Shown here piece by piece: positions 48,987 to 59,707 of a stretch of 64,000 nt of DNA (within the stretch, counting starts at the first letter, position 1; each line of letters starts with the position of its first letter). The stretch covers positions 640,001-704,000 of the forward strand of contig CAWGYA010000008.1 in the NCBI GenBank assembly GCA_963826715.1, given 5' to 3'. The translations under genes were made by a program, and so were the position numbers. This DNA comes from Candidatus Bathyarchaeota archaeon (GTDB taxonomy: Archaea > Thermoproteota > Bathyarchaeia > Bathyarchaeales > Bathycorpusculaceae). Under the pieces are notes generated by a model. It worked only from the letters and a program-made list of their open reading frames with translations. It was not told the origin of the DNA and did no database searches.

Positions 48987-49856
48987 TCATTTTTTGAATT
49001 GGTCTGCTACCCAAACAGGCACTGCAACTGTGCCCATTATGATGGGTTTCTGGTGGCAGTCGCTCCCCCCAGTCAAAATCAAACCTTGTTCTTTGGCGAA
49101 CGTGCTATATTGGTTGGTGGTTTCTGCAGTGAGGCGACTATGCCAGCATTCTAATCCATCAATATAGGGTAATATGCAATTTTGGATTATCTCCGTTTGC
49201 TCGGTTATATTTTTAGTTAGGGCAACAAGGGATGTGCCGTGAGGATCATTGCCATGTGCAAATACCAGTAAACCGCCTGCGTTTCTGATAAGTTTTGAGG
49301 CTTCCTTGAGATAGAGTGGGTATTTGGGTACGTCACATTTTACAAGATATTTGTCAAAAGCTTCTTGTCGGCTAGTCACGATTTTCTTCTTGATAAGGTA
49401 GTCCGCGATGTGTGGTCTACCCAAAGTACCCTCAATAGATTCCTCGATTTGCCGAAAATCATTATTAGTTAGGGGTGGAATGTTTTCTTTTTGGAATTCC
49501 TTGTTGAGATTCCCCAGGATTTTTGCTGCCCGTTCCTGTCGGTAATTCGCGATAGTTGATAGCTTTTTTTGAAGCCCCTCGTTATCTTGATTATATTGGT
49601 ATCCTAGAAAATCTAGCGAAACGGCTTTGCCCTCTCGATATTTGGGATGAGTGAAAGTGACGTTTAATTCCACGCCTGTGATGTATCGGATGCCAGTTGC
49701 CTTTGCCTGTTCGATAGCTGTAGATTGGCAGTTAATATTGTCATGGTCGGTTATTGCTAAAAAGTTGATGTTTCGGGTCTTGGCTTCTAACATGATTTCT
49801 TTGACGGTGAATTTTCCGTCGGAGGCTGAGGAATGGATATGCAAGTCAATAGTCAT
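48987..49856 (-). CDS. PHP-domain phosphoesterase (TrpH/YciV-like)
   Basis: DLHIHS..SDG, ITDHD, GVEL, GRPHIA, GGSDCH. Confidence 0.9.
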   Translation of the reverse strand: MTIDLHIHSSASDGKFTVKEIMLEAKTRNINFLAITDHDNINCQSTAIEQAKATGIRYITGVELNVTFTHPKYREGKAVSLDFLGYQYNQDNEGLQKKLSTIANYRQERAAKILGNLNKEFQKENIPPLTNNDFRQIEESIEGTLGRPHIADYLIKKKIVTSRQEAFDKYLVKCDVPKYPLYLKEASKLIRNAGGLLVFAHGNDPHGTSLVALTKNITEQTEIIQNCILPYIDGLECWHSRLTAETTNQYSTFAKEQGLILTGGSDCHQKPIIMGTVAVPVWVADQFKK

Positions 49857-49868
49857 GTGTTTTGTCTA

Positions 49869-50480
49869 TTACCTCTCCATTTCGCCTACTATTTGCCATT
49901 GGTCTTTTTTGTCGTGACAGGTATCAACTATTAGCTGGATGATTTTCAGTGCAGGATATTTCTCTTTGAGGGCGTCTATATTTACGGGTTCAAATTTGTT
50001 TTTATTGGCTAAGTAGGCTTCAGGTGTAAGGGCGTTGGATTCGTATTTTTCTTTGGTTCGCCTACTTATTCTTGTTAGGGACACTTCTTGTGGGCAACTC
50101 GTTTCCAAAATAACAAAGGTCATGTTGTTTTTTGCAGCAATCTCAGCTGCTCTAATACGGAGATCATGGGTGACGAAGGTTGCATCCAGAATCATGCTGC
50201 CTTGCTTGTCCTTAGAAGCTAACTCGTCTGCGCGTTTGAAAAGTTCATCATAAACTGATAAGCGCTTGTTCATGTTCCCCGCGACTTTTGTGTCGAAAAT
50301 ATCCTCATTCTTAAGTACTTCCCGTCGAATTAAGTCGCTACGGAGTATGGGGTAGCCCTTGATTTTGGCAATTTCCTCTGAGGTTTCGGTTTTGTAGCTT
50401 GCAGGTAACCCGCAGGTTATCAAAAGTGTTCTGGACCCAAGTTTTGCTTTAATATATTCCCCAAAAGGTTCCTTCATCAT
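49869..50480 (-). CDS. AAA_33/COG0645-type P-loop kinase
   Basis: CGLPASYKT variant Walker A, RSDLIRR, ILDATF. Confidence 0.8.
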   Translation of the reverse strand: MMKEPFGEYIKAKLGSRTLLITCGLPASYKTETSEEIAKIKGYPILRSDLIRREVLKNEDIFDTKVAGNMNKRLSVYDELFKRADELASKDKQGSMILDATFVTHDLRIRAAEIAAKNNMTFVILETSCPQEVSLTRISRRTKEKYESNALTPEAYLANKNKFEPVNIDALKEKYPALKIIQLIVDTCHDKKDQWQIVGEMER

Positions 50481-50629
50481 CGTACACCCTGATTGCAGTT
50501 AGTTTTGATGTAGAAGGACTTAAACTTTTCCAGCATTATGCCTCTAGCCCTACCTTACACCTGATGAAATGTAGGTAAATTCTAAATAAGGAGTAGCGCA
50601 CACAATCTCGTAAAAGAAGGAACTGGTCC

Positions 50630-51886
50630 ATGGAAGAATTCCAAATTAAAGATAAAAGTCTCGCGCCGCAAGGTCATTTACAGATTGAATGGGCAGCCAA
50701 ACATATGCCTGTTCTAAATATAATTAAAACACGATTTGAGACAGAAAAACCGCTCAAGGGTCAAACTATAGCCGCATGCCTCCACGTTACCAAAGAAACC
50801 GCAGTTCTCATTAACGTGCTTATTGCAGGAGGTGCCAACGTGGCACTTTGTGGCTCAAATCCTCTTTCAACCCAAGATGATGTGGCAGCCGCTTTATCAG
50901 ACAGTGGTGTGCATGTTTTCGCTTGGAGAGGTCAGAATACCGAGGATTACTATACATGTATCGAGAAAGTTCTCGATTTCAAACCTACAATCACCATGGA
51001 CGATGGAGCGGACGTCGTTGGTATGCTTCATAGTAAACGGAAAAACCAAATCCCCGATATCAAAGGCGGAACTGAGGAAACAACAACTGGCGTGGTTCGC
51101 TTAAAAGCTATGGAACAAGATGGGAGCCTTAAATATCCTATCGTATCCGTTAATGATGCCTACACCAAATATCTTTTCGACAATCGGTATGGCACGGGAC
51201 AGAGCACCATGGATGGTATCTTACGTGCTACCTCCGTCTTAATTGCAGGCAAAAACTTTGTGGTTGGTGGATACGGTTGGTGTAGCCGCGGCATAGCCAT
51301 GCGCGCCCAAGGCATGGGTGCAAACGTAATAGTTACCGAAGTGCAACCTATCCGCGCATTGGAAGCAGTTATGAATGGTTTGCGGGTTATGCCCATGTCT
51401 GAAGCAGCGTCTATAGGTGATATCTTCGTTACAGCTACGGGAGACATTAATGTCATTCGTAAAGAGCACATGCAGAAGATGAAAGATGGCGCCATTATAT
51501 GCAACAGCGGTCACTTTAACGTAGAAATCAGTATAACCGACCTAGAGGCGCTCTCTAAATCCAAACGAATGATGCGACCCAATATGGAAGAATATACTCT
51601 CAAAGATGGTAGACACTTATATTTGCTTGCGGAGGGTCGGCTTGTCAACTTATCTGCCGCAGAAGGGCACCCCTCGGAAGTGATGGACATGTCTTTTGCA
51701 AACCAAGCGTTATGTGCTGAATTCGTTGCTAAATCCAGCAAGTTGGATACTAAAGTTTACGTAGTGCCAAAAGAAATCGATGAGAGAGTCGCGGAGCTTA
51801 AGTTATTGGCTATGGGTATTAAAATCGACGAATTAACTGATGAGCAGAAAAAGTACCTTTCAACTTGGGAAATGGGAACAACCTAA
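50630..51886 (+). CDS. ahcY: Adenosylhomocysteinase
   Basis: [42 protein letters not shown]. Confidence 0.97.
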   Translation: MEEFQIKDKSLAPQGHLQIEWAAKHMPVLNIIKTRFETEKPLKGQTIAACLHVTKETAVLINVLIAGGANVALCGSNPLSTQDDVAAALSDSGVHVFAWRGQNTEDYYTCIEKVLDFKPTITMDDGADVVGMLHSKRKNQIPDIKGGTEETTTGVVRLKAMEQDGSLKYPIVSVNDAYTKYLFDNRYGTGQSTMDGILRATSVLIAGKNFVVGGYGWCSRGIAMRAQGMGANVIVTEVQPIRALEAVMNGLRVMPMSEAASIGDIFVTATGDINVIRKEHMQKMKDGAIICNSGHFNVEISITDLEALSKSKRMMRPNMEEYTLKDGRHLYLLAEGRLVNLSAAEGHPSEVMDMSFANQALCAEFVAKSSKLDTKVYVVPKEIDERVAELKLLAMGIKIDELTDEQKKYLSTWEMGTT

Positions 51887-51963
51887 TAAGTCGAGTCATA
51901 AAAACATGACAAACTTTAAATTGATTAGTCGAATACATGGCTACTAAAGTGGTGAATCACTAA

Positions 51964-52272
51964 ATGGTAAGCAAAGATCAAGGAATAGGTGGAGCAATAC
52001 TCGCAGTCTGCGTTATCATTGCAATAGGTTATATTATTACTCTGTTCTGGCCCAGCTGGCTAGGCTACATTGGATTGAACTTTAGCGTCGATGCTGTTCG
52101 TTTCTGGGTTATCGCAATACCGGTCTTCATTGCTTTCGTCGCAATCCTTTTCATAGGTGCATGGATCGGCTGGACAATGGCAACAACACCTCCTCCAAAA
52201 CCAATCGAAGAAATCACAACTGAAATCGAAGACAAAAAAGAAGAGTCAGAAACAACTGCTGAAAAGAAATAA
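51964..52272 (+). CDS. Small two-TM membrane protein
   Basis: Two hydrophobic helices, WIGWTMATTPPPKP and acidic tail; GGTGA SD. Confidence 0.75.
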   Translation: MVSKDQGIGGAILAVCVIIAIGYIITLFWPSWLGYIGLNFSVDAVRFWVIAIPVFIAFVAILFIGAWIGWTMATTPPPKPIEEITTEIEDKKEESETTAEKK

Positions 52273-52349
52273 CCCTTCCTTTTCACATTTTAATTTTTTT
52301 CCTTTAGTTTTTAATAAATATACGCAAACAAATTTCCTATTCCAATGAA

Positions 52350-52706
52350 TTAAGAGTCATCCCGCATTTTCTTCAGCATACATTCAATGATACTTTTGCA
52401 AAGAACGCACTCGTCGGGGATTTGCTCCTTCTGTGTTCTTTCGCTAAGATATCCCAAATGGAACTGACATGCTGGTGTTGGTTTCTCGTTAAGGTATTTA
52501 CTTGCCTTTTTTTGTGGGATACTTTCTTTAACTTGGCCTTCTTGAATTTTCAGTTTGGGATCTTGAACCTTCGTCAAACAGTATGGACAAGCAAAATAAG
52601 GTTCAGTTGGGTTCGCTTGAAGGTTTAGTGTTTTTAGCGGAACTGTGAAGGTTTGTTGACAAGAAGGATTCTGACAATTGAAAGTTTTCTTCTCGCCCAA
52701 ACTCAT
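52350..52706 (-). CDS. Cys-rich putative zinc-binding protein
   Basis: CQNPSC...CPYC and CQFHLGYL...CVLC..IIEC. Confidence 0.7.
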   Translation of the reverse strand: MSLGEKKTFNCQNPSCQQTFTVPLKTLNLQANPTEPYFACPYCLTKVQDPKLKIQEGQVKESIPQKKASKYLNEKPTPACQFHLGYLSERTQKEQIPDECVLCKSIIECMLKKMRDDS

Positions 52707-52763
52707 TAAACATACCTTTCCATGTGCTTGAGAAGCGCTGTGAAGTTTATAGTTTTGATGAAG

Positions 52764-53978
52764 CTAAAATATGAATTCTTCATCTTCAACATCACAGGTC
52801 TGATTAGGGGAAGCCAGCTTATGTAATGCATTTGCTCCTTCTGCATAGCCGCTTGCAACGAGCACATCACCGACCTGAATTTTGGTATCCTTGCGAGGGC
52901 GAATGCAACGGTTATCGCGTTTTATAACTAAAACCCACATGCCTGTTTCATCATGTACTCTGACTTCCCGTAGACTCTTGCCGACCAGAGCCGAATCCGC
53001 AGCTACACAAGCTTGCTCAACTGTTTCTTCTGCCTCTTCTATAGCTAACTTTAAAATGGGATGCGGCTCCACGCCACGCAAAACCACTTCTGCCATGTCA
53101 GCTGCGGCGTCCGCAATTTTTTCTGTAGCAATGCCCAAGCGGATTAATCCCAGAAAACCTGATGCTTCTTCCCTTTTGAAACCGCTTGTTAAGGCCAGCA
53201 GTTCAAAGTGGGTATGTAACTTATCCATGCGTTCCTCCAGTTGCTCGACTTCTTCAGCTAGCTCTTTGCTGTTTAGAATCAATGCCGAGTAGGCTAAATC
53301 AATCATCAACTCTGAGGTGTCCTTCAACTCCACAAACTCAGAGACTATTTCTTCGAATTTGGCACGTTTCTCAGTGTCTATGGTGGCAAGTTTGCCTTCA
53401 GCTAAATCTTTGAATTCTTCAACTCCTGACTGTGCGCCACGGGTGATTAGGATGTCACCCTGGAAGACGCTTTCGTTTTTGTTAGGGTTTAATATCCAGT
53501 CGTGATTCCGACGGATAGCTATTATGTCAACGCCCATACTTGCTGCCAAGTCTAGTTCACTGATTTTTTTGTTGACCAAACTTGAGTCTGGTTTAACAGT
53601 TACTTTCATTAACCGCTCTTCAACTTTCTCAAAGATCTCTCCGACAATAGGGTGAATGCCGATGTTATGGGTTACTATACCGGCAATATCAGCTGCAGCA
53701 TCGGAAATTTTGTCAGTTGATGCTGCGACGGTGGAGACACCTATAAGTTGCTCGGCGTCTTTGGGATCTCTCGCAGCAACCATGATTTCCATGTCAAGTA
53801 GATATGATAAATTATCAACGCGGTCTTCCAGTGCCAAAACATCTTCGGCTAGATCTTTATCGTTGTATAGGGCCGAGGAGTATGCGAGATCAATCATTAG
53901 TTCTGAGAGGTTTTTCATTTCCAGCAATAATTGCCTGACGGGAATAGGTTTGTACTCTAATTTTTCGAATTTATGCAA
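52764..53978 (-). CDS. Duplicated PhoU-TrkA_C (RCK-C) regulatory protein
   Basis: Two repeats of K..SELMIDLAYSA + KIxDAAAD + G..(I/V)(I/L).I.R RCK-C. Confidence 0.85.
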   Translation of the reverse strand: MHKFEKLEYKPIPVRQLLLEMKNLSELMIDLAYSSALYNDKDLAEDVLALEDRVDNLSYLLDMEIMVAARDPKDAEQLIGVSTVAASTDKISDAAADIAGIVTHNIGIHPIVGEIFEKVEERLMKVTVKPDSSLVNKKISELDLAASMGVDIIAIRRNHDWILNPNKNESVFQGDILITRGAQSGVEEFKDLAEGKLATIDTEKRAKFEEIVSEFVELKDTSELMIDLAYSALILNSKELAEEVEQLEERMDKLHTHFELLALTSGFKREEASGFLGLIRLGIATEKIADAAADMAEVVLRGVEPHPILKLAIEEAEETVEQACVAADSALVGKSLREVRVHDETGMWVLVIKRDNRCIRPRKDTKIQVGDVLVASGYAEGANALHKLASPNQTCDVEDEEFIF

Positions 53979-54041
53979 TTTTGAAAGAGCGCTCCAGACC
54001 TAAAAGATACCTTATTCTAGCATATTTTAATTATGCTTTTT

Positions 54042-55205
54042 CTAAATCAATAAGAGGATTGTTATAAACAACGCTATGGTTGTGAAGGCATCTGCTAAAG
54101 AGCTTCCAACGGGGATAACGAAATTGTCAGGGTCCAACCCACGTTTAAATGTTAAAATCGAAATTGCGTAGGAAATTAAGGCAACAGCCGCGAAGGCAAT
54201 CAAATTGGAGATCAAAAGAATTGGCATCAGCCCCAAAATATTATTGACATTGAGTGATCCATTTATTGCCAACGCCAAAAAACCAACGACAATAAAGAGA
54301 AGAAACGTTGCTGCCCATGCGCTAAAGATGTTTTTGGCATGGTTCTTTATTGATGAGAAAGTTGGCGCTAGAATTCCTAGCGTTAACTTAACAGTGGCAA
54401 TGGAACTCACAACTAACCCTGCATCGCCTATCATATCAATCATTGCGGGATAAACAGTGTAGATCGTCTGTTGACCTCCGACGATGTCACTTATTCCTTT
54501 GAGAAATGTGCCGGTAATGTTAACCAAGAACGCTACCAAAAGCATAGTTGGGAGGGCCTCTTTGATTATTTGGCGAAAATCTGCGTCCCGAATATTTAAT
54601 GGTACAATAAAGAGAACCAATAACACATTGATGAGTCCAAATAGTATAATAGCCCATCTGCCGAAACCGCCTGAGAAGTACAGATTGAGCATTGCAATAT
54701 AGAGGAAGGTTATTATTATATTGGCAACGGTTGAAGTGAGAGGGTATCCAATGGTGTCGGGATCTAAGCTTCTTTTGAAAGAGATAAAGGTGACTTTTAC
54801 GGTTGTCAAGGTGATTAAAAGTCCCAGGGAAAGTGTTGCCAACATAACCGAGAGAATAGCGGGGAACTCGTTGATGTTGACTCCCCAAAAGAGGTTTCCA
54901 AAAAGAATTGCTATGACACTGATTGTAGCGCTTGTCGCCAAGGTCAAAACAACCATGGCGCCAATGAGTTTATAGAAGCTTTTGGTGTTGCCCAAAAACT
55001 TTGGGTGAATTGTTCCCAGATGCAGGGCGGTGCTTAAGCGACCAGTTAGCAATCCGGTGATGACGCTTTTCACGCTAATTACTGCAGGGTAAAGCGCAAT
55101 AGCCCATGGGGCCATGTTGAAGACGCCCAGTTGTAAGGCAATCATGAAACCGGCTACTAAGCCGCCGATATCAAAGAGGCATGCCAGCGAGGTCTCTTTA
55201 AACAT
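54042..55205 (-). CDS. MgtE/SLC41-family divalent cation transporter
   Basis: Two MgtE repeats (GRLSTALHLG, LDPDTIGYP, GLDPDNFVIP); start may extend to ATC 55241. Confidence 0.88.
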   Translation of the reverse strand: MFKETSLACLFDIGGLVAGFMIALQLGVFNMAPWAIALYPAVISVKSVITGLLTGRLSTALHLGTIHPKFLGNTKSFYKLIGAMVVLTLATSATISVIAILFGNLFWGVNINEFPAILSVMLATLSLGLLITLTTVKVTFISFKRSLDPDTIGYPLTSTVANIIITFLYIAMLNLYFSGGFGRWAIILFGLINVLLVLFIVPLNIRDADFRQIIKEALPTMLLVAFLVNITGTFLKGISDIVGGQQTIYTVYPAMIDMIGDAGLVVSSIATVKLTLGILAPTFSSIKNHAKNIFSAWAATFLLFIVVGFLALAINGSLNVNNILGLMPILLISNLIAFAAVALISYAISILTFKRGLDPDNFVIPVGSSLADAFTTIALFITILLLI

Positions 55206-55782
55206 GCCAAAGAAACCTTTTGAGATGCCAGCATGTGAGATGTTGGCGACCTCCTAGTATCCATTATTTTTTAATAAATAAAAGTCATAAGCCACTTTTC
55301 TGATGCTTTGGTCCTGAAGATTGGGTGTTGCTTTTTGTTCTTCAGTTTGTTGGGTGTTGTGGACATTTATCATGTTTTCGCCTCTTTCTGTTTGGCGGTC
55401 CACACTTCACTTACGCGCCGTGTTTGGGCTGCCAAGCCTCAATTAATTGATTGTTGAAGTTTGTGAAAGACAGCTTTAGCTTAAATAGATTATGTATTGG
55501 GTTGTTTGAGTTTTGGATTAGTTGGATTTATGCCCAAAACTGGTGTTAGATAAATAAGGATACTGTAAGTTTGCTGCTGTTTCATTTTCTTAGATCCAAT
55601 TTTTGTTATAGATTATGCTTTGTACTTCTTTATGTTGATGTTATTTCGACTGATAGCTGGGGTTTATTGGGTGTATTTATGATTTTGATTTTTTTCTAGG
55701 CTTATACTGGCAAGCAAATCTGCTTTTCTTAGCTTTGAAAGAGGAAAAGGATCAACATGACGTTAACTGCCTCATATTTGTT

Positions 55783-57855
55783 TTATCTTTTTTTGGGTTG
55801 ATAAACACACCAAGGGTCTTCGGATAGGTAATCACTTCTCTGTTCTGAAGGTACGTGGAGGTCTCCGCAGTAATCGATGAAGTCACTTGATAGTCCGTAG
55901 GCGCGGGCTCGGCATCCGCCACAGATGGTTTTGTGTTCGCATATGCCACATTTACCCTTAAGACAATTTGGGTTACGAAGGTTTTTGAGCACTGGCGAGT
56001 TAAACCAGATTTCTTTGAAGCTTTGTTCTCTAACGTTGCCTAATTTAATTGGTAAGTACGGGCAGGGAGTTACGTCGCCGTTGGGGTAAATGCGGCAGTA
56101 ATGCATTCCTGCGATGCAGCCACGAATCCATTGTCGCATGTCCAAACCCATTCCCTGAGCAATTCTCATAAATTGAGGTGCACAGGATGGACGCACGTTT
56201 AGGCGATGCTTGTGGGCTTTGGCAAATGTTTTGGTTATCATCTCTTCGTACTTCTGAGGTGATATATCAGTGAGTTTGGTTGCGCGCCCAGTGGGGACAA
56301 GGAAGAAGAGGTGGAAGTTCTCTACGCCGATTGATTCTGCAAGCGTCAGGATATCATCTATTTGATCATAGTTTTCATGTGTAAGGGTTGTGTTGACTTG
56401 GACAAGTACGTTGTTTTTGCGTAATGCTTTGCATGCATTGACCGCTCTTTCCCAAGCATTTGTTACCCCTCGGAAATCGTCATGCTGCGCTGGAATATGA
56501 GAATCAAGGCTGATTGAAACTGTTGCAATTCCTGCCGCCTTGAGCTTTTTAGCTACTTTGTCGTCGATGAGATATCCATTGCTTCCCAATCCCATCTTCA
56601 GTCCTTTCGATGATCCGTATTCTATGAGTTCAAAGATGTCTGATCGTAGAAGTGGTTCGCCTCCACTAAGCACTAATAGTGGTCTGCTTACTTCGTAAAT
56701 TTGGTCCATAAGCAGTTTGCCTTCTCTGGTGGAAAGTTCGTTTATTTGTTTCTTATCGTTGGCGTTGATGTAGCAATGGTGGCATTTCATGTTGCATTCT
56801 CGTGTGACGTTCCAAGATAGGATTAGTGGCACAAACTGATTTTTAGTCTGGGCTTGTGGTGTATAAGCGAGTTTTAGGTAGAATTCGCAGTTGCCATGTG
56901 TAGCGATGAGTTTGGGTTGCCATAGCGTGAAAGGAAACGGAAGCACTGTATTGAGCATGGCTTTAGCGTGAGCGAAACAGAAATGCGTGCAGAATAACGC
57001 TGACACTTTTGGGTCAACTCCATATTTTTCTTGACCGACTTTATGGCTGCCATGTATAGGGCAATTCAGGAACTCCATGTGCCCGTCTAGTCCCTCCATA
57101 TCCATGCTCATTTTGATGTAGTGATCGCTGAGCATCACTGATTGTAGTTTTTCCCGTCGCATTCCTACTTTAAGCGTTACGTCAAGGGCGATGTTGACTG
57201 TTTCCTCCCCAAACTTATCCTGTACATTAGCCATCACCGCTTCAACTTTTTCAAACCCAAAAGCTTTTACAAGCTTTGTCAAAACCAGCAATCCAATGAT
57301 GGTTTCATTTTCTTGCAAAAGGCGCATCAGAATAACATTCTGTGTCCAGTCGTCAAACAACTTTTCAAGTGCTTCCGCTGCACTTGGGTCGCTATTGGTT
57401 AGCTTTGCTTCTACTTGCATAGTTTGTTGTTTGAGCTTGGTGAACAGAGAGATTTTCTCTTGTGAGTTCAGATGTTTGGTTTTAGTGATTATATCTGCGC
57501 CATAGTTTAGGACGGTGATTTTTTTTGTGAGTTCTTGGGCGTCGGCGTAGAATTCTCCGTAAAATTGGTTTAGGTCGGCTTCAACGTCAGGTGGCTCAAT
57601 GGCTAGTTCGCTAAGGAGCACTTGAGTTTCTGACTCCATCTTGGTTACCATAGCCATATGGTAGAGTAGTGAACCCATCATGCCTGGATCTGCTTTTTTG
57701 CCTCCTTGGACACCGGTGAAGATTTGATTGCTCAGCTGATTTGCTAGCTCAAAATCTTTTCCCTTTATTGCGGCTACTGCCTGGTCAAGCTTGACTTTCC
57801 TTTCAACAAGTAGCTGCGCCCATTTATGACATTGTCTAACGTCAAAGTTTGTCAT
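55783..57855 (-). CDS. Radical SAM/SPASM protein (AhbD/NirJ-like) with about 340-aa N-terminal extension
   Basis: WNVTRECNMKCHHC, SGGEPLLR, GCIAG...PCPY, CGICE...CGGCRARAY, DPWC. Confidence 0.9.
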   Translation of the reverse strand: MTNFDVRQCHKWAQLLVERKVKLDQAVAAIKGKDFELANQLSNQIFTGVQGGKKADPGMMGSLLYHMAMVTKMESETQVLLSELAIEPPDVEADLNQFYGEFYADAQELTKKITVLNYGADIITKTKHLNSQEKISLFTKLKQQTMQVEAKLTNSDPSAAEALEKLFDDWTQNVILMRLLQENETIIGLLVLTKLVKAFGFEKVEAVMANVQDKFGEETVNIALDVTLKVGMRREKLQSVMLSDHYIKMSMDMEGLDGHMEFLNCPIHGSHKVGQEKYGVDPKVSALFCTHFCFAHAKAMLNTVLPFPFTLWQPKLIATHGNCEFYLKLAYTPQAQTKNQFVPLILSWNVTRECNMKCHHCYINANDKKQINELSTREGKLLMDQIYEVSRPLLVLSGGEPLLRSDIFELIEYGSSKGLKMGLGSNGYLIDDKVAKKLKAAGIATVSISLDSHIPAQHDDFRGVTNAWERAVNACKALRKNNVLVQVNTTLTHENYDQIDDILTLAESIGVENFHLFFLVPTGRATKLTDISPQKYEEMITKTFAKAHKHRLNVRPSCAPQFMRIAQGMGLDMRQWIRGCIAGMHYCRIYPNGDVTPCPYLPIKLGNVREQSFKEIWFNSPVLKNLRNPNCLKGKCGICEHKTICGGCRARAYGLSSDFIDYCGDLHVPSEQRSDYLSEDPWCVYQPKKR

Positions 57856-58002
57856 GTGTCCAACCCCTAAAGCATTAGAGTCACCTTATAGGGTAAAAAA
57901 AGATAGCGGTGTCTTACTTACTATAGGCTTATTCATCTAAATGCTGCAGTGAGACTTCGATAAGCTAATTAACTCCGAGGGAAACATAGCCACATAAGAA
58001 GG

Positions 58003-58332
58003 ATGAACCGTTTGAATTTAGACGCAAACATGATTAATCTACTTCTTGCTTTAGTCGGTTTCCTCGTTATGTTCGGTTATCTTGGTGGTATTGGCATTAA
58101 CAAACCCCGCGGCATGAGCATGAAAACGTGGTGCGCTGGCTATCTTGCTATCGCAATAGTTTTTGATGTCTTAGCCATCATCGGTATGGTTTTTGGCTAT
58201 ACCTGGTTAACGTACTTGCTGGTTGGTCTAGCTGCAGGTGCCTCAACTGGGTTAGCACTGCATGTTGCCCACCATATAAGTGAGGAAAACGAACATGAAC
58301 ATGGCGAGAACATTTCTATCATGGGGATTTAA
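58003..58332 (+). CDS. Small three-TM membrane protein with His/Glu-rich tail
   Basis: Three hydrophobic segments, HVAHHISEENEHEH. Confidence 0.7.
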   Translation: MNRLNLDANMINLLLALVGFLVMFGYLGGIGINKPRGMSMKTWCAGYLAIAIVFDVLAIIGMVFGYTWLTYLLVGLAAGASTGLALHVAHHISEENEHEHGENISIMGI

Positions 58333-58598
58333 CCCCGCTTCAACCCTTTTCGTTTTCTTCTTATCTACTTTGCCTACCTTTGCAATCGACATCATAGACG
58401 CGGACCGTGAATTGATAACTCCAACACTGCGCTATCTCTTTTGCATTGGAGGAGGCAAGTTATAGTTAGAGCTGGAAAGGGTTAGATTGAATGGTTTGGA
58501 TATAACAGTCAAGTATTGCAAAAAATATTTTATTTGGGGTTGTGAAGCGAAGGTGCTAAATAGTCATTTAGCGATACCTAACCTTTAGGGCAAAAAAT

Positions 58599-59324
58599 AT
58601 GCGCAAATTCATCATGGTAGTTTTGATTGCATTGATATTTGTCTTTGTCTTCAGTGGTATACTCGCGTGGACTTATCGCGGAAGTCTAAGCCCCAAAGCT
58701 GACCTTGAAGCTATTCAGCAAATCAGAGACGAAACCATACTCTATATATCCGCAAACCATACTGAAACATCTCCACTATTAAATAATCTCTCTTGGAGCG
58801 GCGGCAACTTAAATCATGGTGTTTTAGCCACTGAAACTTATCTTTTTATAAGTGGCAATTGGGAAATTAAAATCTCTTACCCCGTTGTTACTAATCCCAT
58901 ATACAGCGTTTGCGCCAACTACACTTCGCAGGAAGCAAGAGTAATCTGGAAAGGCGATTGCCAGGATGGCATACTAAAAGAGGTAAGTAGTGATATAACC
59001 TTGAATAATTCAGGTTTAATGACTCAGCCGCAAATCCGTGATTTAGCCATGAACTACATCAAAATATTCCACAATGAAACAGCTTCCTATATGTCGAGTC
59101 TCAATTGGGCGGGTGGAAGAGTTACTGTTAATGGTTTATTTGGCTCAGAAACTTATACTTACCTTAGTACTGGTTGGAATGTAACCCTAAAGTACCCAGT
59201 TGTTCCTAATCCCATTTACACAATAACTGTTCAGTACGTATCTTCAGGTTTATCATTGATTAACTGGCAGGGTACGTTGCAGGATGGCCTCATAATCGAA
59301 ACAGCCTACGATTACACCCAATAA
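58599..59324 (+). CDS. Membrane-anchored/secreted protein with two tandem ~100-aa domains
   Basis: N-terminal hydrophobic helix; repeated QIRD...W.GG...ETY...W...YPVV.NPIY...W.G..QDG. Confidence 0.8.
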   Translation: MRKFIMVVLIALIFVFVFSGILAWTYRGSLSPKADLEAIQQIRDETILYISANHTETSPLLNNLSWSGGNLNHGVLATETYLFISGNWEIKISYPVVTNPIYSVCANYTSQEARVIWKGDCQDGILKEVSSDITLNNSGLMTQPQIRDLAMNYIKIFHNETASYMSSLNWAGGRVTVNGLFGSETYTYLSTGWNVTLKYPVVPNPIYTITVQYVSSGLSLINWQGTLQDGLIIETAYDYTQ

Positions 59325-59707
59325 CCTCTCTTTCTGTTTGCTGTTATCTAGAATTATAGTAATTTTTTTAGCTGTCTTAAGTAAAAGAATTTCTATTAGG
59401 ATAAAAAAATTGTTTTCTTTTCAATAGAAGAAAAGTATCTGTGGGGGTTGTTTCTTCTTCTTTATTTTATGTCGTATTGTATAGTAAGATGTGACTCGTC
59501 TTGCTCTAAACTGTAAACTATGTATGAAGTTTAGGTATTTTACTCTTAAGGCTTCACCTAATTGGCGAGACATTTACAAGTGGGCAGACAAATCCACACT
59601 GATGGATCTTAGCAAAATGGATTGTATTTTTCGAACTTTCAAAGGATTCAACTTCGTTAATATGTAATTTAATAGATCTGCTAAATTCGATGAGGGTGAA
59701 AAACCTG

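Noticed and set aside
55257-55780. Riboswitch or leader peptide upstream of the MgtE gene
   Set aside because: Only short ORFs under 40 aa and no recognisable conserved RNA structure
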